This document shows, one piece after another, positions 55,879 to 64,000 of a stretch of DNA of 64,000 bases. Origin of the DNA: Coriobacteriia bacterium (GTDB taxonomy: Bacteria; Actinomycetota; Coriobacteriia; Anaerosomatales; JAAXUF01); the NCBI GenBank assembly GCA_038245725.1, contig JBBRSD010000009.1, forward strand, positions 2,918 through 66,917. Direction: 5' to 3'. The notes beneath the pieces were generated by a model. That model did no database searches, was not told the DNA's origin, and saw only the letters and a program-made list of their open reading frames with translations. The translations under genes were made by a program, and so were the position numbers. Each line of letters begins with the position of its first letter. Positions within the stretch are counted from its first letter, which is position 1.

Positions 55879-57261
55879 CTACGCCATCCCGCTGGGCGGA
55901 TCGACGAACTTCGTGTACCGGTCGTTGAAGACCAGCTGAATATTGTCGGTGGGGCCGTTTCTGTGCTTAGCGACGATGATCTCCGCGGTGCCCTTCTGCG
56001 GTCGGCCTTCTTCTTCCTCATTGCGCGGGTCGGTGTTGCGATCGATGAACATGACAACGTCCGCGTCCTGCTCGATTGCGCCGGACTCGCGCAGGTCCGA
56101 CAGCTGCGGCCGCTTGCCTGCGCGCTGCTCGACGGCACGAGAGAGCTGCGAGAGCGCCAACACCGGCACGCCCAGCTCCTTGCCTAGGATCTTGAGCCCT
56201 CGGCTGATCTCCGCGATCTCGGTCTGACGGTTCTCGGAACGCTTTCCTTGCGGCTGCATGAGCTGGAGGTAGTCGACGATGATGAGCCCCTTGGGCTTGT
56301 TACGAAGCTGTCGGCGCGCCTTCGCCCGAACTTCGAGGATGGAGATCGACGGCGTGTCGTCGACCCAGAAGTCGAGGTCCGCGAGCTTGCCCATCGCGTT
56401 GTGGATCGCGTACCAGTCCGCGTCCTTAACGTAGCCGGTCCGGACGTCCTGGAGGTTGATGCGCGCCTCGGAGCACAGGACGCGCTGGACGAGCTGCTCG
56501 GCCGACATCTCGAGCGAGAACACCGCGACGGCGGCGCCGGATTTGGCCGCGTTCACCGCGATGTTGAGCGCAAGCGCGGTCTTGCCGACCGCCGGACGCG
56601 CCGCGAGGATGCACAGGTCGCCGGGGTGCAACCCGGCGAGCAGCTTGTCGAGCTTCTTGAAGCCCGTGGGCACGCCCGTGATGTGCTCCTTGCGCTGCGC
56701 GAGTTCCTCGAGCTGGTTGAAGGAGGCCGTGAGCAGCTCGTTGATGTACTTGAAGTTGCTCTGGACGCGCTTGTTGGTGACCTCGAAGATCATGCGCTCC
56801 GCGTCGCCGACGACTTCGTCGAGGTCGTCGGGCGCGTCGTAGCCCATCGCCACGATGCCCGTGCCTGCGCCGATGAGCTGGCGCAGCATCGACATGCGCT
56901 TCACGATCTCGGCGTAGTGCGCCCAGTTCGCCGTGGTGGGGACGACGCCTGTCACGTCGATGAGGTACGGCTTGCCGCCAGCAGCTTCAAGCTCACCGGT
57001 CGACTCGAGACGGTCCGCAACGGAGAGGTGATCGACCGGGATCGAGCGGTTGTGCAGGTCATACATCGCCGAGAAGATCCTAGCGTGTGCCGGCCGATAG
57101 AAGTCCTCGGGCTGCAGTAGCGTGAGTGCGCCCTCGACCGCATCGAGCGACAGGAACATGGCGCCGAGTGTGGCCTGCTCGGCCTCGAGGTTCTGAGGCG
57201 GCACGCGGTCGAACCCGCCGTTCGAGCGGGACGTATACTCTCGATCCAGAACGTCGGCCAT
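55879..57261 (-). CDS. dnaB: Replicative DNA helicase
   Basis: PQNLEAEQATLGAMFLS, Walker A ARPAVGKTALALN, IIVDYLQLM, and SQLSRAVEQR. ATG 57261 follows GGAGGAG. Confidence 0.95.
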   Translation of the reverse strand: MADVLDREYTSRSNGGFDRVPPQNLEAEQATLGAMFLSLDAVEGALTLLQPEDFYRPAHARIFSAMYDLHNRSIPVDHLSVADRLESTGELEAAGGKPYLIDVTGVVPTTANWAHYAEIVKRMSMLRQLIGAGTGIVAMGYDAPDDLDEVVGDAERMIFEVTNKRVQSNFKYINELLTASFNQLEELAQRKEHITGVPTGFKKLDKLLAGLHPGDLCILAARPAVGKTALALNIAVNAAKSGAAVAVFSLEMSAEQLVQRVLCSEARINLQDVRTGYVKDADWYAIHNAMGKLADLDFWVDDTPSISILEVRAKARRQLRNKPKGLIIVDYLQLMQPQGKRSENRQTEIAEISRGLKILGKELGVPVLALSQLSRAVEQRAGKRPQLSDLRESGAIEQDADVVMFIDRNTDPRNEEEEGRPQKGTAEIIVAKHRNGPTDNIQLVFNDRYTKFVDPPSGMA

Positions 57262-57363
57262 TACTCTCCTCCACGCGCGCGGCGCCAAGCTCACGGAATC
57301 CGGTTCCAGTGACGGAGCCGATTCTAGACGAGAGCTCTGACATCTACGTGAGGCCCGAAGGAC

Positions 57364-57423
57364 TGTCCACAGGCCCGCGACACCTGCGACCTGCAATGTT
57401 GTGGACTGTCCACCGAATCCACA
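57364..57423. promoter_or_regulatory. Cluster of four DnaA-box-like motifs in the dnaB upstream region
   Basis: TGTCCACA (57364-71), inverted TGTGGAC (57400-06), TGTCCACc (57407-14) and AATCCACA (57416-23). Compare the consensus TT[A/G]TCCACA. Confidence 0.45.
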
Positions 57424-57459
57424 GATTGCCGAGCATTTCGCGCCCGCCTGCGGAACGCA

Positions 57460-57494
57460 GCGATGCCGCCCCCATTCAACGGGGGCGGCATCGC
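57460..57494 (-). terminator. Perfect 14-bp GC-rich hairpin between rplI and dnaB (terminator/attenuator candidate)
   Basis: GCGATGCCGCCCCC - 7-nt loop - GGGGGCGGCATCGC, 34 nt downstream of the rplI stop. No clear U-tract. Confidence 0.4.
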
Positions 57495-57527
57495 GGGCTT
57501 GCGGCACTACGAGCTTGAACGCGAGTG

Positions 57528-58160
57528 CTAGTCGATGACCTCGCCAGCGGCTGCGTCAACAGCCTCGCCAAAAGCGGCCTCTTCGAGTGCGACCTCGGCA
57601 TCGGCCTGCTCGGGCGTCTCCTCGACGATCTCGACGAACGCTACGCCCTCGGCGTCAACGCCCTCGACCTCGGCAACGATGGTCTCGGGAAGCGAGGCCG
57701 CGACGGCGACTCCGCCTTCGGGAACGACGTTGACGAACAACTCGGCCTTGGTGTCGCGGTAGACAGCCACCTCGATGGGGTGCTGGCCGGCCATCTTGAT
57801 GGCACCGTGCGTCTCGATCTTCCGGCGATCGACATCGAGGCCCAGCTGCTCGCGCAGCGCGTCCTCGATGTGTCCGTGCGTGACCGAACCGAAGAGACGA
57901 CCCTCTTCGCCGATCTTGGCCTCGATGGTGACCACCTTGCCGTTGAGTGCTGCAGCAAGGGTCTCTGCCTCGCCCAGGCGAGTGTCTTCGCGCTTCTGGA
58001 TGTTGTGCGAGCGCTGTTCGAGCTGCTTGAGGTTGCCCTTTGTCGCCTCGATGGCGACCTTACGCGGCAACAGGTAGTTGACTGCGAAACCGCGAGCGAC
58101 ATCGACGACGTCGCCCTCGCCTCCGCGGCCTTTCAGTTCCTGCAACAGGATGACTTTCAT
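57528..58160 (-). CDS. rplI: Ribosomal protein L9 with a ~60-aa acidic C-terminal extension
   Basis: MKVILLQELKGRGGEGDVVDVARGFAVNYLLPRK... The extension is rich in E, A and V. Confidence 0.9.
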   Translation of the reverse strand: MKVILLQELKGRGGEGDVVDVARGFAVNYLLPRKVAIEATKGNLKQLEQRSHNIQKREDTRLGEAETLAAALNGKVVTIEAKIGEEGRLFGSVTHGHIEDALREQLGLDVDRRKIETHGAIKMAGQHPIEVAVYRDTKAELFVNVVPEGGVAVAASLPETIVAEVEGVDAEGVAFVEIVEETPEQADAEVALEEAAFGEAVDAAAGEVID

Positions 58161-58215
58161 GGTTACTCCTTCATGTCGCCGGACAGACTCGCTGCCCGGA
58201 CGGCAGTTCTATCGC

Positions 58216-59172
58216 TTACCAGCGCCGGCCTTCAGGCTCGGCGACTGTTGGCGCTGCACCCTCGCGGGACAGACGCCGAAAGTTGATCCAGAAATCGAGC
58301 AGTCCCGCGAAGCTGACGACGAGCGTGAGCACGTCGAGCGCGGCGAGCGCAGCCAATGCGAGGATGCGCCCGCCGCGGCCGACGCCGGCCCGGTCGAGCA
58401 TCCCCGCCGCGACGCCCATCCCCTGAAGGAAGAAGAGCGTGCGAGCACACAGCACGAGATTCAGCCCCACGATACCTAACGCAACGGATCCAGCGAAGGA
58501 CACTTGCGCAGCAGCCAGCATGAAGAGACCGGCGACGAACGCCCACAAGATGTGAGGCGAAAGGTCCAACCGCGACAGCGGCGGGACATTGAGGCCGAAC
58601 TCCACCCTGCGAGCAGCCCATGCGACTGCGCCAATGGCAAGAACGCCCACGAACACGGCGATCTGGAAGTACGCCCACGGCCACGCCGACACAACCAAGT
58701 GTGCGGCGTCTTGCAGCGAACGAAGCGTATCGGGCGTGCTGGAACCGAGCGTCTTCGTCATCTCCGCAAGAGCGGCTTGCGACTGCCGTGAAACTGTTGC
58801 CGAGAGTGTGGTGCCTTGAGAGCGTGCGAGCAGCGCGTCAGCACCCATGTTCGCGAGAGCGAGCACGGCGATGAGCGCCGCTGCGACCACTTGGAACGAT
58901 TGGTTCGGCAGCAGCACGACCGTGAGAACCACGGCCGCGAGCACCGGAGCGACAAACACCACATCGGACACGTTGAGCACTCCGACGACTGCGACTCCGA
59001 CAGCGGCGGCGAAAGCGGCCACGGCGGTCTGTCCGCGGTACGCCAGCCCGGCGATAGCGGCGGCCGCTATGGGCACGCCGACAAACGCCATGGCCGGAGC
59101 CAGAGCAGTGCCGATGACGATAGCCGCGAACAGCAGTGCGGAGTCAGCGATGCGTGGGATGCCGGCGTCCAA
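58216..59172 (-). CDS. DUF2232/YybS-like polytopic membrane protein
   Basis: About 8 TM. Its position between rpsR and rplI matches yybS in Firmicutes. Confidence 0.6.
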   Translation of the reverse strand: MDAGIPRIADSALLFAAIVIGTALAPAMAFVGVPIAAAAIAGLAYRGQTAVAAFAAAVGVAVVGVLNVSDVVFVAPVLAAVVLTVVLLPNQSFQVVAAALIAVLALANMGADALLARSQGTTLSATVSRQSQAALAEMTKTLGSSTPDTLRSLQDAAHLVVSAWPWAYFQIAVFVGVLAIGAVAWAARRVEFGLNVPPLSRLDLSPHILWAFVAGLFMLAAAQVSFAGSVALGIVGLNLVLCARTLFFLQGMGVAAGMLDRAGVGRGGRILALAALAALDVLTLVVSFAGLLDFWINFRRLSREGAAPTVAEPEGRRW

Positions 59173-59178
59173 GAGAGG

Positions 59179-59442
59179 CTACCTACCGCCCCTGCGGTCG
59201 ATGCGGCCACTCACAACCGGAACGGTGTACGGCACGAGCGCCATTTCACGACCACGCTTGACGGCGATGGACAGCCGGTGCTGGTGCTGGGCGCAGTTGC
59301 CGGACACGCGGCGCGGCTTGATCTTGCCACGGTCGGTCATGAACTTGCGCAGCAGCTGCACGTCCTTGTAGTCGATGTACTCAGTGTGATCCTTGCAGAA
59401 CTGGCAATACTTGCGCCGCGGCTTGCGGGCGAAATCGGACAT
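59179..59442 (-). CDS. rpsR: Ribosomal protein S18
   Basis: [54 protein letters not shown]. Confidence 0.93.
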   Translation of the reverse strand: MSDFARKPRRKYCQFCKDHTEYIDYKDVQLLRKFMTDRGKIKPRRVSGNCAQHQHRLSIAVKRGREMALVPYTVPVVSGRIDRRGGR

Positions 59443-59524
59443 GTCTTCTGACCTCCTTCCGCGATTCTTGGTCGCGGTGTTGATATCGGTGCGCGCCCGG
59501 GGGTCGGGCGCGCCAAGTGGTTTG

Positions 59525-59947
59525 CTAGAACGGAATATCGTCGTCGATGACCGGATCCACCGGCGCCGCCGAGGAAGGCTTCGCTGCCGGCGCGCTGTAA
59601 CCGCCGCTGCCTTCGCCGCGCGCACTCATGAACTCGATGTCATCGACGATGATCTCGACCTTCGAGCGCTTGCCGCCTTCGGGGGTCTCCCACTGGCTCC
59701 AGCGGAGCTTGCCTTCGATGGCGACCTTCGAGCCCTTGTTCAGGAAGCGCGAGACGGACTCGCCGCGCGATCCAAAAAGGACGGCGTCGAAGAAGTTGGG
59801 CACCTCTTCCCACTCACCGGACTGAGCGTTCTTGCGGCGGTCGTTGACGGCGATGCCCATCTTGAGGATGGCCATGCCGCCAGCGGTCGACACCAGCTCG
59901 GGGTCGCGGGTCAGATTGCCAGTGATGTTGACTCGGTTGATGCTCAT
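59525..59947 (-). CDS. ssb: Single-stranded DNA-binding protein
   Basis: [19 protein letters not shown] fold, Gly-rich tail, and C-terminal DDDIPF. Confidence 0.93.
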   Translation of the reverse strand: MSINRVNITGNLTRDPELVSTAGGMAILKMGIAVNDRRKNAQSGEWEEVPNFFDAVLFGSRGESVSRFLNKGSKVAIEGKLRWSQWETPEGGKRSKVEIIVDDIEFMSARGEGSGGYSAPAAKPSSAAPVDPVIDDDIPF

Positions 59948-60028
59948 CGTGAAAACCACCTTCTGACGTACACGGATTCGGATTGGGATTCACCCACCGA
60001 GCCCGCAGGATGCGGCCGTACGCGAAGA

Positions 60029-60322
60029 CTACTCGCGGTCTTCGCGGTGCACGAGCATGAAGCGGACTACGGAATCGGTGATGCGCAGCACGCGGTCAAG
60101 CTCGGCGATAGCGGCCGGCGCGGTGTGGAAGTCGATGAGGACGTAATCGCCCTCAGTAACCTTGCCGATCTCGTAAGCAAGCTTGCGCTTGCCCCATCCA
60201 TCGACCGTGTCCACGACGCCCCCGTCAGCGGTAATGATGCCCTGGATCTTGTCCAGAACAGCCGCACGGGCCTCCTCATCGAGAGAAGGGTTGAGCATGA
60301 GCAATAGTTCGTAAGCCTTCAT
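60029..60322 (-). CDS. rpsF: Ribosomal protein S6
   Basis: MKAYELLLMLNPSLDEE...WGKRKLAYEI...GDYVLIDF. Confidence 0.93.
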   Translation of the reverse strand: MKAYELLLMLNPSLDEEARAAVLDKIQGIITADGGVVDTVDGWGKRKLAYEIGKVTEGDYVLIDFHTAPAAIAELDRVLRITDSVVRFMLVHREDRE

Positions 60323-60403
60323 TTAGTCACCTCCCCTGGGCTGACTCGGCCCCGGAACTGTGAAGGCAGCGGTCCGGAGCAGGAAATGAGCCTGTGGAGT
60401 GTA

Positions 60404-61573
60404 TCACCGGCCAGGCGCTGCAGCAACATCCTCTCCCACAGCACTGACCAGAACCTTTCCGATTCCTTTCCGGCGTCCACCGCGCCACAACGGCCACAGC
60501 GCCCCGAGCGCCACAAGCGCGCCGAGAAGCGCGAGGCTCGCGACGCGCAGCGAGCGGGCAACGAACGCTCGCGCGCCCGACACTAGCGCGGCCAGCCACC
60601 GCGGCTCCCCGCCGGTGGCGGTCGCCCGCCCAAGGACTGGGTTCGTCACAGGCGGAACTGCCAGCGCAACGACTTCGCCCGCCCGTATCGGGGCGAGTTG
60701 CGGCGCCGTCGGCATGCATAGCACGCCCGCCCGTCGGCTGCCCGCGGCAACCGAGATCGCTGCCCGTGTGGCCGAGGGAACCGCCAGACTCACGCCAGCT
60801 CCGAGTCCGCCAGCAACCGCCGAGCCCGCGTGGCTCGCTCTCACGCCGTTCGCCCGGGGTGCCAAGCTCACGCCGGCCGGCAAGCCGGCTGGAACCGTCA
60901 CTCCCGCACCAACGCCAGCCCCCGCAGCGCCACCAACGACTACTGGCGCCCCATCGCCTACCGTCACGCCAGCACCTTGTCCCACGCCGACGCCCTCTCC
61001 CTGTCCACCATCGCTCGATGGCGGGGGCGGGGGCGCAATGATTCCGAGCGGATCAACGTACAAGTCCCCCTCGCGCACGCCCACGTGCAGGTGCGTACCA
61101 GCGCTCGAACCGTCGCCCGCAGAAGCGAGCGACCCGATCGCATCGCCTTCGGAAAGCTCATCGCCGCGTGAAACCGAAACGCTTGCCAACGGCAGCAGCG
61201 TGATCTTCCCGCGCGAAGTCTCGATCGTGACGACGGTAACCCGGCCCCCGCCAACCCCCGGCACGCTCCCCGCGAACGTGACGCTGCCCGAAAGCGGCGC
61301 CACCACACGCTCCCCGGTAGCCGCGGCGATGTCGACACCGCGATGTCGCGAGCTGTCGCTACCGCCTGTCGAGTACGTCGCGCCGAACCCCAGCGTCACC
61401 TGCGACGCGTGCGCGAGCGGCCAGCCCGCACAGGCGACCGCCGGATGCCCGAGCGCACCGATGCACAGCGCGAACCACAGCGCCAACGCAATCGTGGACC
61501 TCCGACCCGCTTCTTCGAATCGCGAGACCACCGCGACTGCTGACTCCCCTCGCGACCTCTTCCCAGCGCGCAT
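60404..61573 (-). CDS. M23-family metallopeptidase with a low-complexity linker and C-terminal TM anchor
   Basis: HRGVDIAA..GERVVAPLSGSV...GTHLHVGVREGDLYVDP (HxxxD...HxH), then a G/A/V/P-rich ~150 aa and LALLGALVALGALWPLW. The start was trimmed to avoid the tRNA. Confidence 0.8.
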   Translation of the reverse strand: MRAGKRSRGESAVAVVSRFEEAGRRSTIALALWFALCIGALGHPAVACAGWPLAHASQVTLGFGATYSTGGSDSSRHRGVDIAAATGERVVAPLSGSVTFAGSVPGVGGGRVTVVTIETSRGKITLLPLASVSVSRGDELSEGDAIGSLASAGDGSSAGTHLHVGVREGDLYVDPLGIIAPPPPPSSDGGQGEGVGVGQGAGVTVGDGAPVVVGGAAGAGVGAGVTVPAGLPAGVSLAPRANGVRASHAGSAVAGGLGAGVSLAVPSATRAAISVAAGSRRAGVLCMPTAPQLAPIRAGEVVALAVPPVTNPVLGRATATGGEPRWLAALVSGARAFVARSLRVASLALLGALVALGALWPLWRGGRRKGIGKVLVSAVGEDVAAAPGR

Positions 61574-61710
61574 GCAAACCACCCTGCCTTCTCGGCGAGG
61601 CGCGGATACTGGGGGGTGCGAACGTGTGTTCGATAGTACGCCGAAGGTCTGACGCGTACAACCCCGAAACGCGAAGCGGCCGCCTGTGACGGCGGCCGCG
61701 AAGTGTGCGC

Positions 61711-61785
<75 letters not shown>

Positions 61786-61885
61786 GCGTCGAGTGAGTGT
61801 ATCCCAGCGCAACGAACGCCCGCAAACGCGAAACGCCGCCAGAAGAGGTTCCGGCGGCGCTTCGTTACTTGGTGAAGCTTAGGGC

Positions 61886-62035
61886 CTAGGACTTGCCGAT
61901 CTTGAAGATCTTCGTGCCGCAATCAGGGCACAGACCCTGGGTCGCGGGACGACCGTTCTTCATCGTGATGTCCTGGGGGTCCTTGATGTCCTTCTTGGCC
62001 TTGCACTTGACGCAGTAGCCTTCTTTAGCTGCCAT
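61886..62035 (-). CDS. Small zinc-ribbon protein (49 aa)
   Basis: MAAKEGYCVKCKAKK...GLCPDCGTKIFKIGKS has two CxxC pairs. RBS GAGAGGTGA. Confidence 0.6.
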   Translation of the reverse strand: MAAKEGYCVKCKAKKDIKDPQDITMKNGRPATQGLCPDCGTKIFKIGKS

Positions 62036-62225
62036 TCGTGCAGTCACCTCTCTCTCTTCTTCGTCTGCGATCCCTCTCAGCCACACACCCGGGCAGGCGG
62101 TGCTGCACAGCGATCAGCAATCCCCTCTGGAACGAGTGTGCCCGTTCCCGCCAAGAAGTCTACCGAATCCGCGCCGGTTGTCACGCACGAAACCACGAAT
62201 GACATAAGAGAGAATGAGCCAACGG

Positions 62226-62885
62226 CTAGAGTGACCCCTTCGCTTGCGCGCCCTTGAGCGTGCAGGAGCCGAACGCGAGCACGCCCGCACCCGTCAAAAC
62301 GAGGCCGCCCCAGACCGCGCCCGCGATCGCCCAGAAACCCTCGGGGAAGGTCTCGATGAGAAGCGAGTTGGAGTCAAACGTCCAGGTCCCAGCCTTGAAG
62401 AACAGCCCGTGGAACTCCGTGAAGAACCAGTCGAAGTTCACCGTCGCAGCAACCACACCGAGCGCAACAAACAGCGTTGCCATGAGGGCCCCAGCGCACA
62501 GGGCATCCGAAATCCAACCCGTTCGCTTTCGCAGACCTTCGACCGCCAGCACGATCGCGAGCACGATTGCGAGGATGCCGGTAACGAGGCGCGCACCCGA
62601 GAGCACGCGCCGAACGTCGAGCAGGTGAGATATGGCGCCCGCGTCAAAACCCGGCCGTCCGTCGACGGTCGCGGGCAATACGTCTGGCTTACCATCGATG
62701 ACGAAGGCACGGACCTGCTCGGCGACGCGGGCCATACGCTGCGTGCCCAGACCGGACTGCCGCGCATACGACGTCTTCGATCCGACGATGCTGGTGAACG
62801 CGGGAACCGTGAGAGGGATAACCGATAGGCCAAGAAGGAACAGGGCGAGCGCGATCCCCCCAACCCATGTCGTCAGCCGGCTCAC
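62226..62885 (-). CDS. TIGR01906/DUF1461-family integral membrane protein (Lit-like)
   Basis: FTEFHGLFFKAGTWTFDSNSLLIETFPEGFW signature and 4 TM. GTG 62885 lies 1 nt after the upstream stop. Confidence 0.6.
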   Translation of the reverse strand: MSRLTTWVGGIALALFLLGLSVIPLTVPAFTSIVGSKTSYARQSGLGTQRMARVAEQVRAFVIDGKPDVLPATVDGRPGFDAGAISHLLDVRRVLSGARLVTGILAIVLAIVLAVEGLRKRTGWISDALCAGALMATLFVALGVVAATVNFDWFFTEFHGLFFKAGTWTFDSNSLLIETFPEGFWAIAGAVWGGLVLTGAGVLAFGSCTLKGAQAKGSL

Positions 62886-62886
62886 G

Positions 62887-63996
62887 TCAGTCGTCCAGCG
62901 GGGCCGGATCCGCAGGATCCGAAGCGCCGAAGCCGGTATCGTCCGAGCCGTGCGCGGAGCCGTCTCCGGATTCGTCGACCAACTCGTCTTCGATTCGCTG
63001 AGAGGCGAGCGCTGCTGCGGTGACCACGCGGTTTCCACCAGCCTCGACCGCCTTCGAAAGGGCCGCATCGGCCGAGTCGAGCAGCTCATCGGGGCTGGAG
63101 CCGTCGGTGGGAAGCGACGCGACGCCAAGCGAGACGGTCACGCCTGCACCTTCGTACGTGGTCGCATTGATGGTCGTGCGCACCTGCTCGGCGAGTCGCA
63201 ACGCGTCGGCATCCAGCGGGGTGCGGCCTGTCGCATCATCTTCGATGAACATGATGACGAACTCCTCGCCGCCGAAGCGGGCCGCGATGTTGGTCGTGAC
63301 CGTGGCGTCGCCCGATTCGCTCAGACAACTGTTGATGGCGTCGGCGAGCTTGCGCAAGAGCGCGTCCCCCATCTCGATACCGAAACGGCGATTGAAGTCG
63401 CCGAAGCGGTCGATGTCGACGAGGATGACGTGCAAGGGCCGGCTGTCGCGGTGCGCGCGACGCACTTCGGCCGAGAGCGCACGCAGGAAGAACGCGCGGG
63501 AGTAGAGGCTCGTCGTCCCATCGGAGACTGCCAGCGACTGGCACAGGGCGGCTTCGGCGCGGTGCTGACCGACGAGCTGAGTTGACACGGCCGCCGTACC
63601 GGCGAGTACCGCGACCTGCCACATGTAGCGCACCACGACGAAGATCCTGTCGAGCTGCTGGTTGTTGACGGCGAACGGGATCACAACATGCGGAAGCACG
63701 CGGAAGAGCTCCGAGAACTCGATGAATCCGAGCAGACCCATGCACAAGGCCGCAAGTCCGAACGCCGCGCGGCGAGTGGGCAAGATGAACGCGGCCTCTA
63801 GGATGAACAGCGGATACATCGACCAGAACCACGAGTTCACGCCACCGGAGTAGTAAACCAGCACCGTGACCACCACGGCGTCGAGTGCCAGTTGCAAGTT
63901 GTTCCAGACCGCGATGTTGCCCAGCCGCTTGTAGTTGAGCTGGTAGAACGAGTTGTAGAGGACCACGAGGGCCAGCGTGACCGCGGGCACGAGCAT
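62887..63996 (-). CDS. Membrane-bound GGDEF (GGEEF) diguanylate cyclase; the N-terminus may extend beyond the window
   Basis: At least 5 TM helices, then LVDIDRFGDFNRRFG...ARFGGEEFVIMF. The frame is still open at position 64000. Confidence 0.8.
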   Translation of the reverse strand: MLVPAVTLALVVLYNSFYQLNYKRLGNIAVWNNLQLALDAVVVTVLVYYSGGVNSWFWSMYPLFILEAAFILPTRRAAFGLAALCMGLLGFIEFSELFRVLPHVVIPFAVNNQQLDRIFVVVRYMWQVAVLAGTAAVSTQLVGQHRAEAALCQSLAVSDGTTSLYSRAFFLRALSAEVRRAHRDSRPLHVILVDIDRFGDFNRRFGIEMGDALLRKLADAINSCLSESGDATVTTNIAARFGGEEFVIMFIEDDATGRTPLDADALRLAEQVRTTINATTYEGAGVTVSLGVASLPTDGSSPDELLDSADAALSKAVEAGGNRVVTAAALASQRIEDELVDESGDGSAHGSDDTGFGASDPADPAPLDD

Positions 63997-64000
63997 GCGC

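Noticed and set aside
57364-57494. Possibility that the DnaA-box cluster marks oriC
   Set aside because: There are only about four boxes, no adjacent AT-rich unwinding element, and no dnaA, dnaN or rpmH nearby. It is more plausibly a regulatory or titration site.
57262-57507. 82-codon N-terminal extension of dnaB in the track ORF
   Set aside because: The extension crosses the hairpin and DnaA-box spacer and lacks similarity to DnaB. ATG 57261 has a GGAGGAG RBS and yields a normal-length helicase.
60399-61652. 417-aa plus-strand P/A/T/S-rich ORF
   Set aside because: It is antisense to the M23 peptidase, whose catalytic motifs are clear. Its composition mirrors the Gly/Ala/Val spacer on the other strand.

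Overview
High-GC (roughly 65%), densely coded chromosomal segment with about 65 protein genes and one tRNA-Gly(CCC). I saw no IS element, integrase, prophage gene or CRISPR array. Gene content suggests an anaerobic, Gram-positive-type, possibly Actinomycetota-like organism: rpsF-ssb-rpsR-DUF2232-rplI-dnaB synteny, YfhO and Lit-like membrane proteins, rubrerythrin, HdrA, a [NiFe]-hydrogenase and an apparent selenoprotein. That taxonomic guess is inference only.

Layout:
- 1-7.4 kb (+): one tightly coupled operon. It holds the hydrogenase small-subunit tail, an MvhA-like large subunit, HdrA, TusA, a complete stressosome-type module (RsbR, RsbS, RsbT, RsbX and a second kinase), and the hydrogenase maturation endopeptidase.
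- 7.5-18.7 kb: MBL hydrolase, lipoprotein, rubrerythrin, hisG, LysR, a secreted Zn-PLC-like protein, and YfhO/GT2 pair 1.
- 18.7-26.7 kb (-): copper/heavy-metal island. It holds a Cys/His membrane protein, a DsbD_2-cupredoxin fusion, a cupredoxin protein, a 1339-aa four-HMA CopA, and two proteins built from an unassigned repeat domain.
- 26.8-28.0 kb (-): msrA-msrB, with msrA interrupted by an in-frame TGA exactly at the catalytic Cys codon (candidate selenocysteine).
- 28-36 kb: TIGR00300-like protein, orphan pilin, purE, radical SAM, purD, membrane GT2, purA.
- 36.6-47.7 kb (+): secreted heptahaem cytochrome c, then two HlyD adaptors and a tandemly duplicated ABC-2 exporter with an embedded TetR.
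- 47.7-55.9 kb: PAS-GGDEF, MFS, YfhO/GT2 pair 2, FAD oxidoreductase, glutaredoxin-like protein.
- 55.9-64 kb (-): dnaB, rplI, DUF2232, rpsR, ssb, rpsF, M23 peptidase, tRNA-Gly, zinc ribbon, TIGR01906 protein, GGDEF.

The best candidate for an undescribed system is the stressosome module nested inside the hydrogenase/HdrA/TusA operon. The second is the Sec-MsrA.

All calls rest on motif reading of the supplied translations and on my own inspection of the DNA. No database search was possible. Start codons were chosen from RBS position and gene overlap and are approximate. Many long ORFs in the track are high-GC antisense artefacts.
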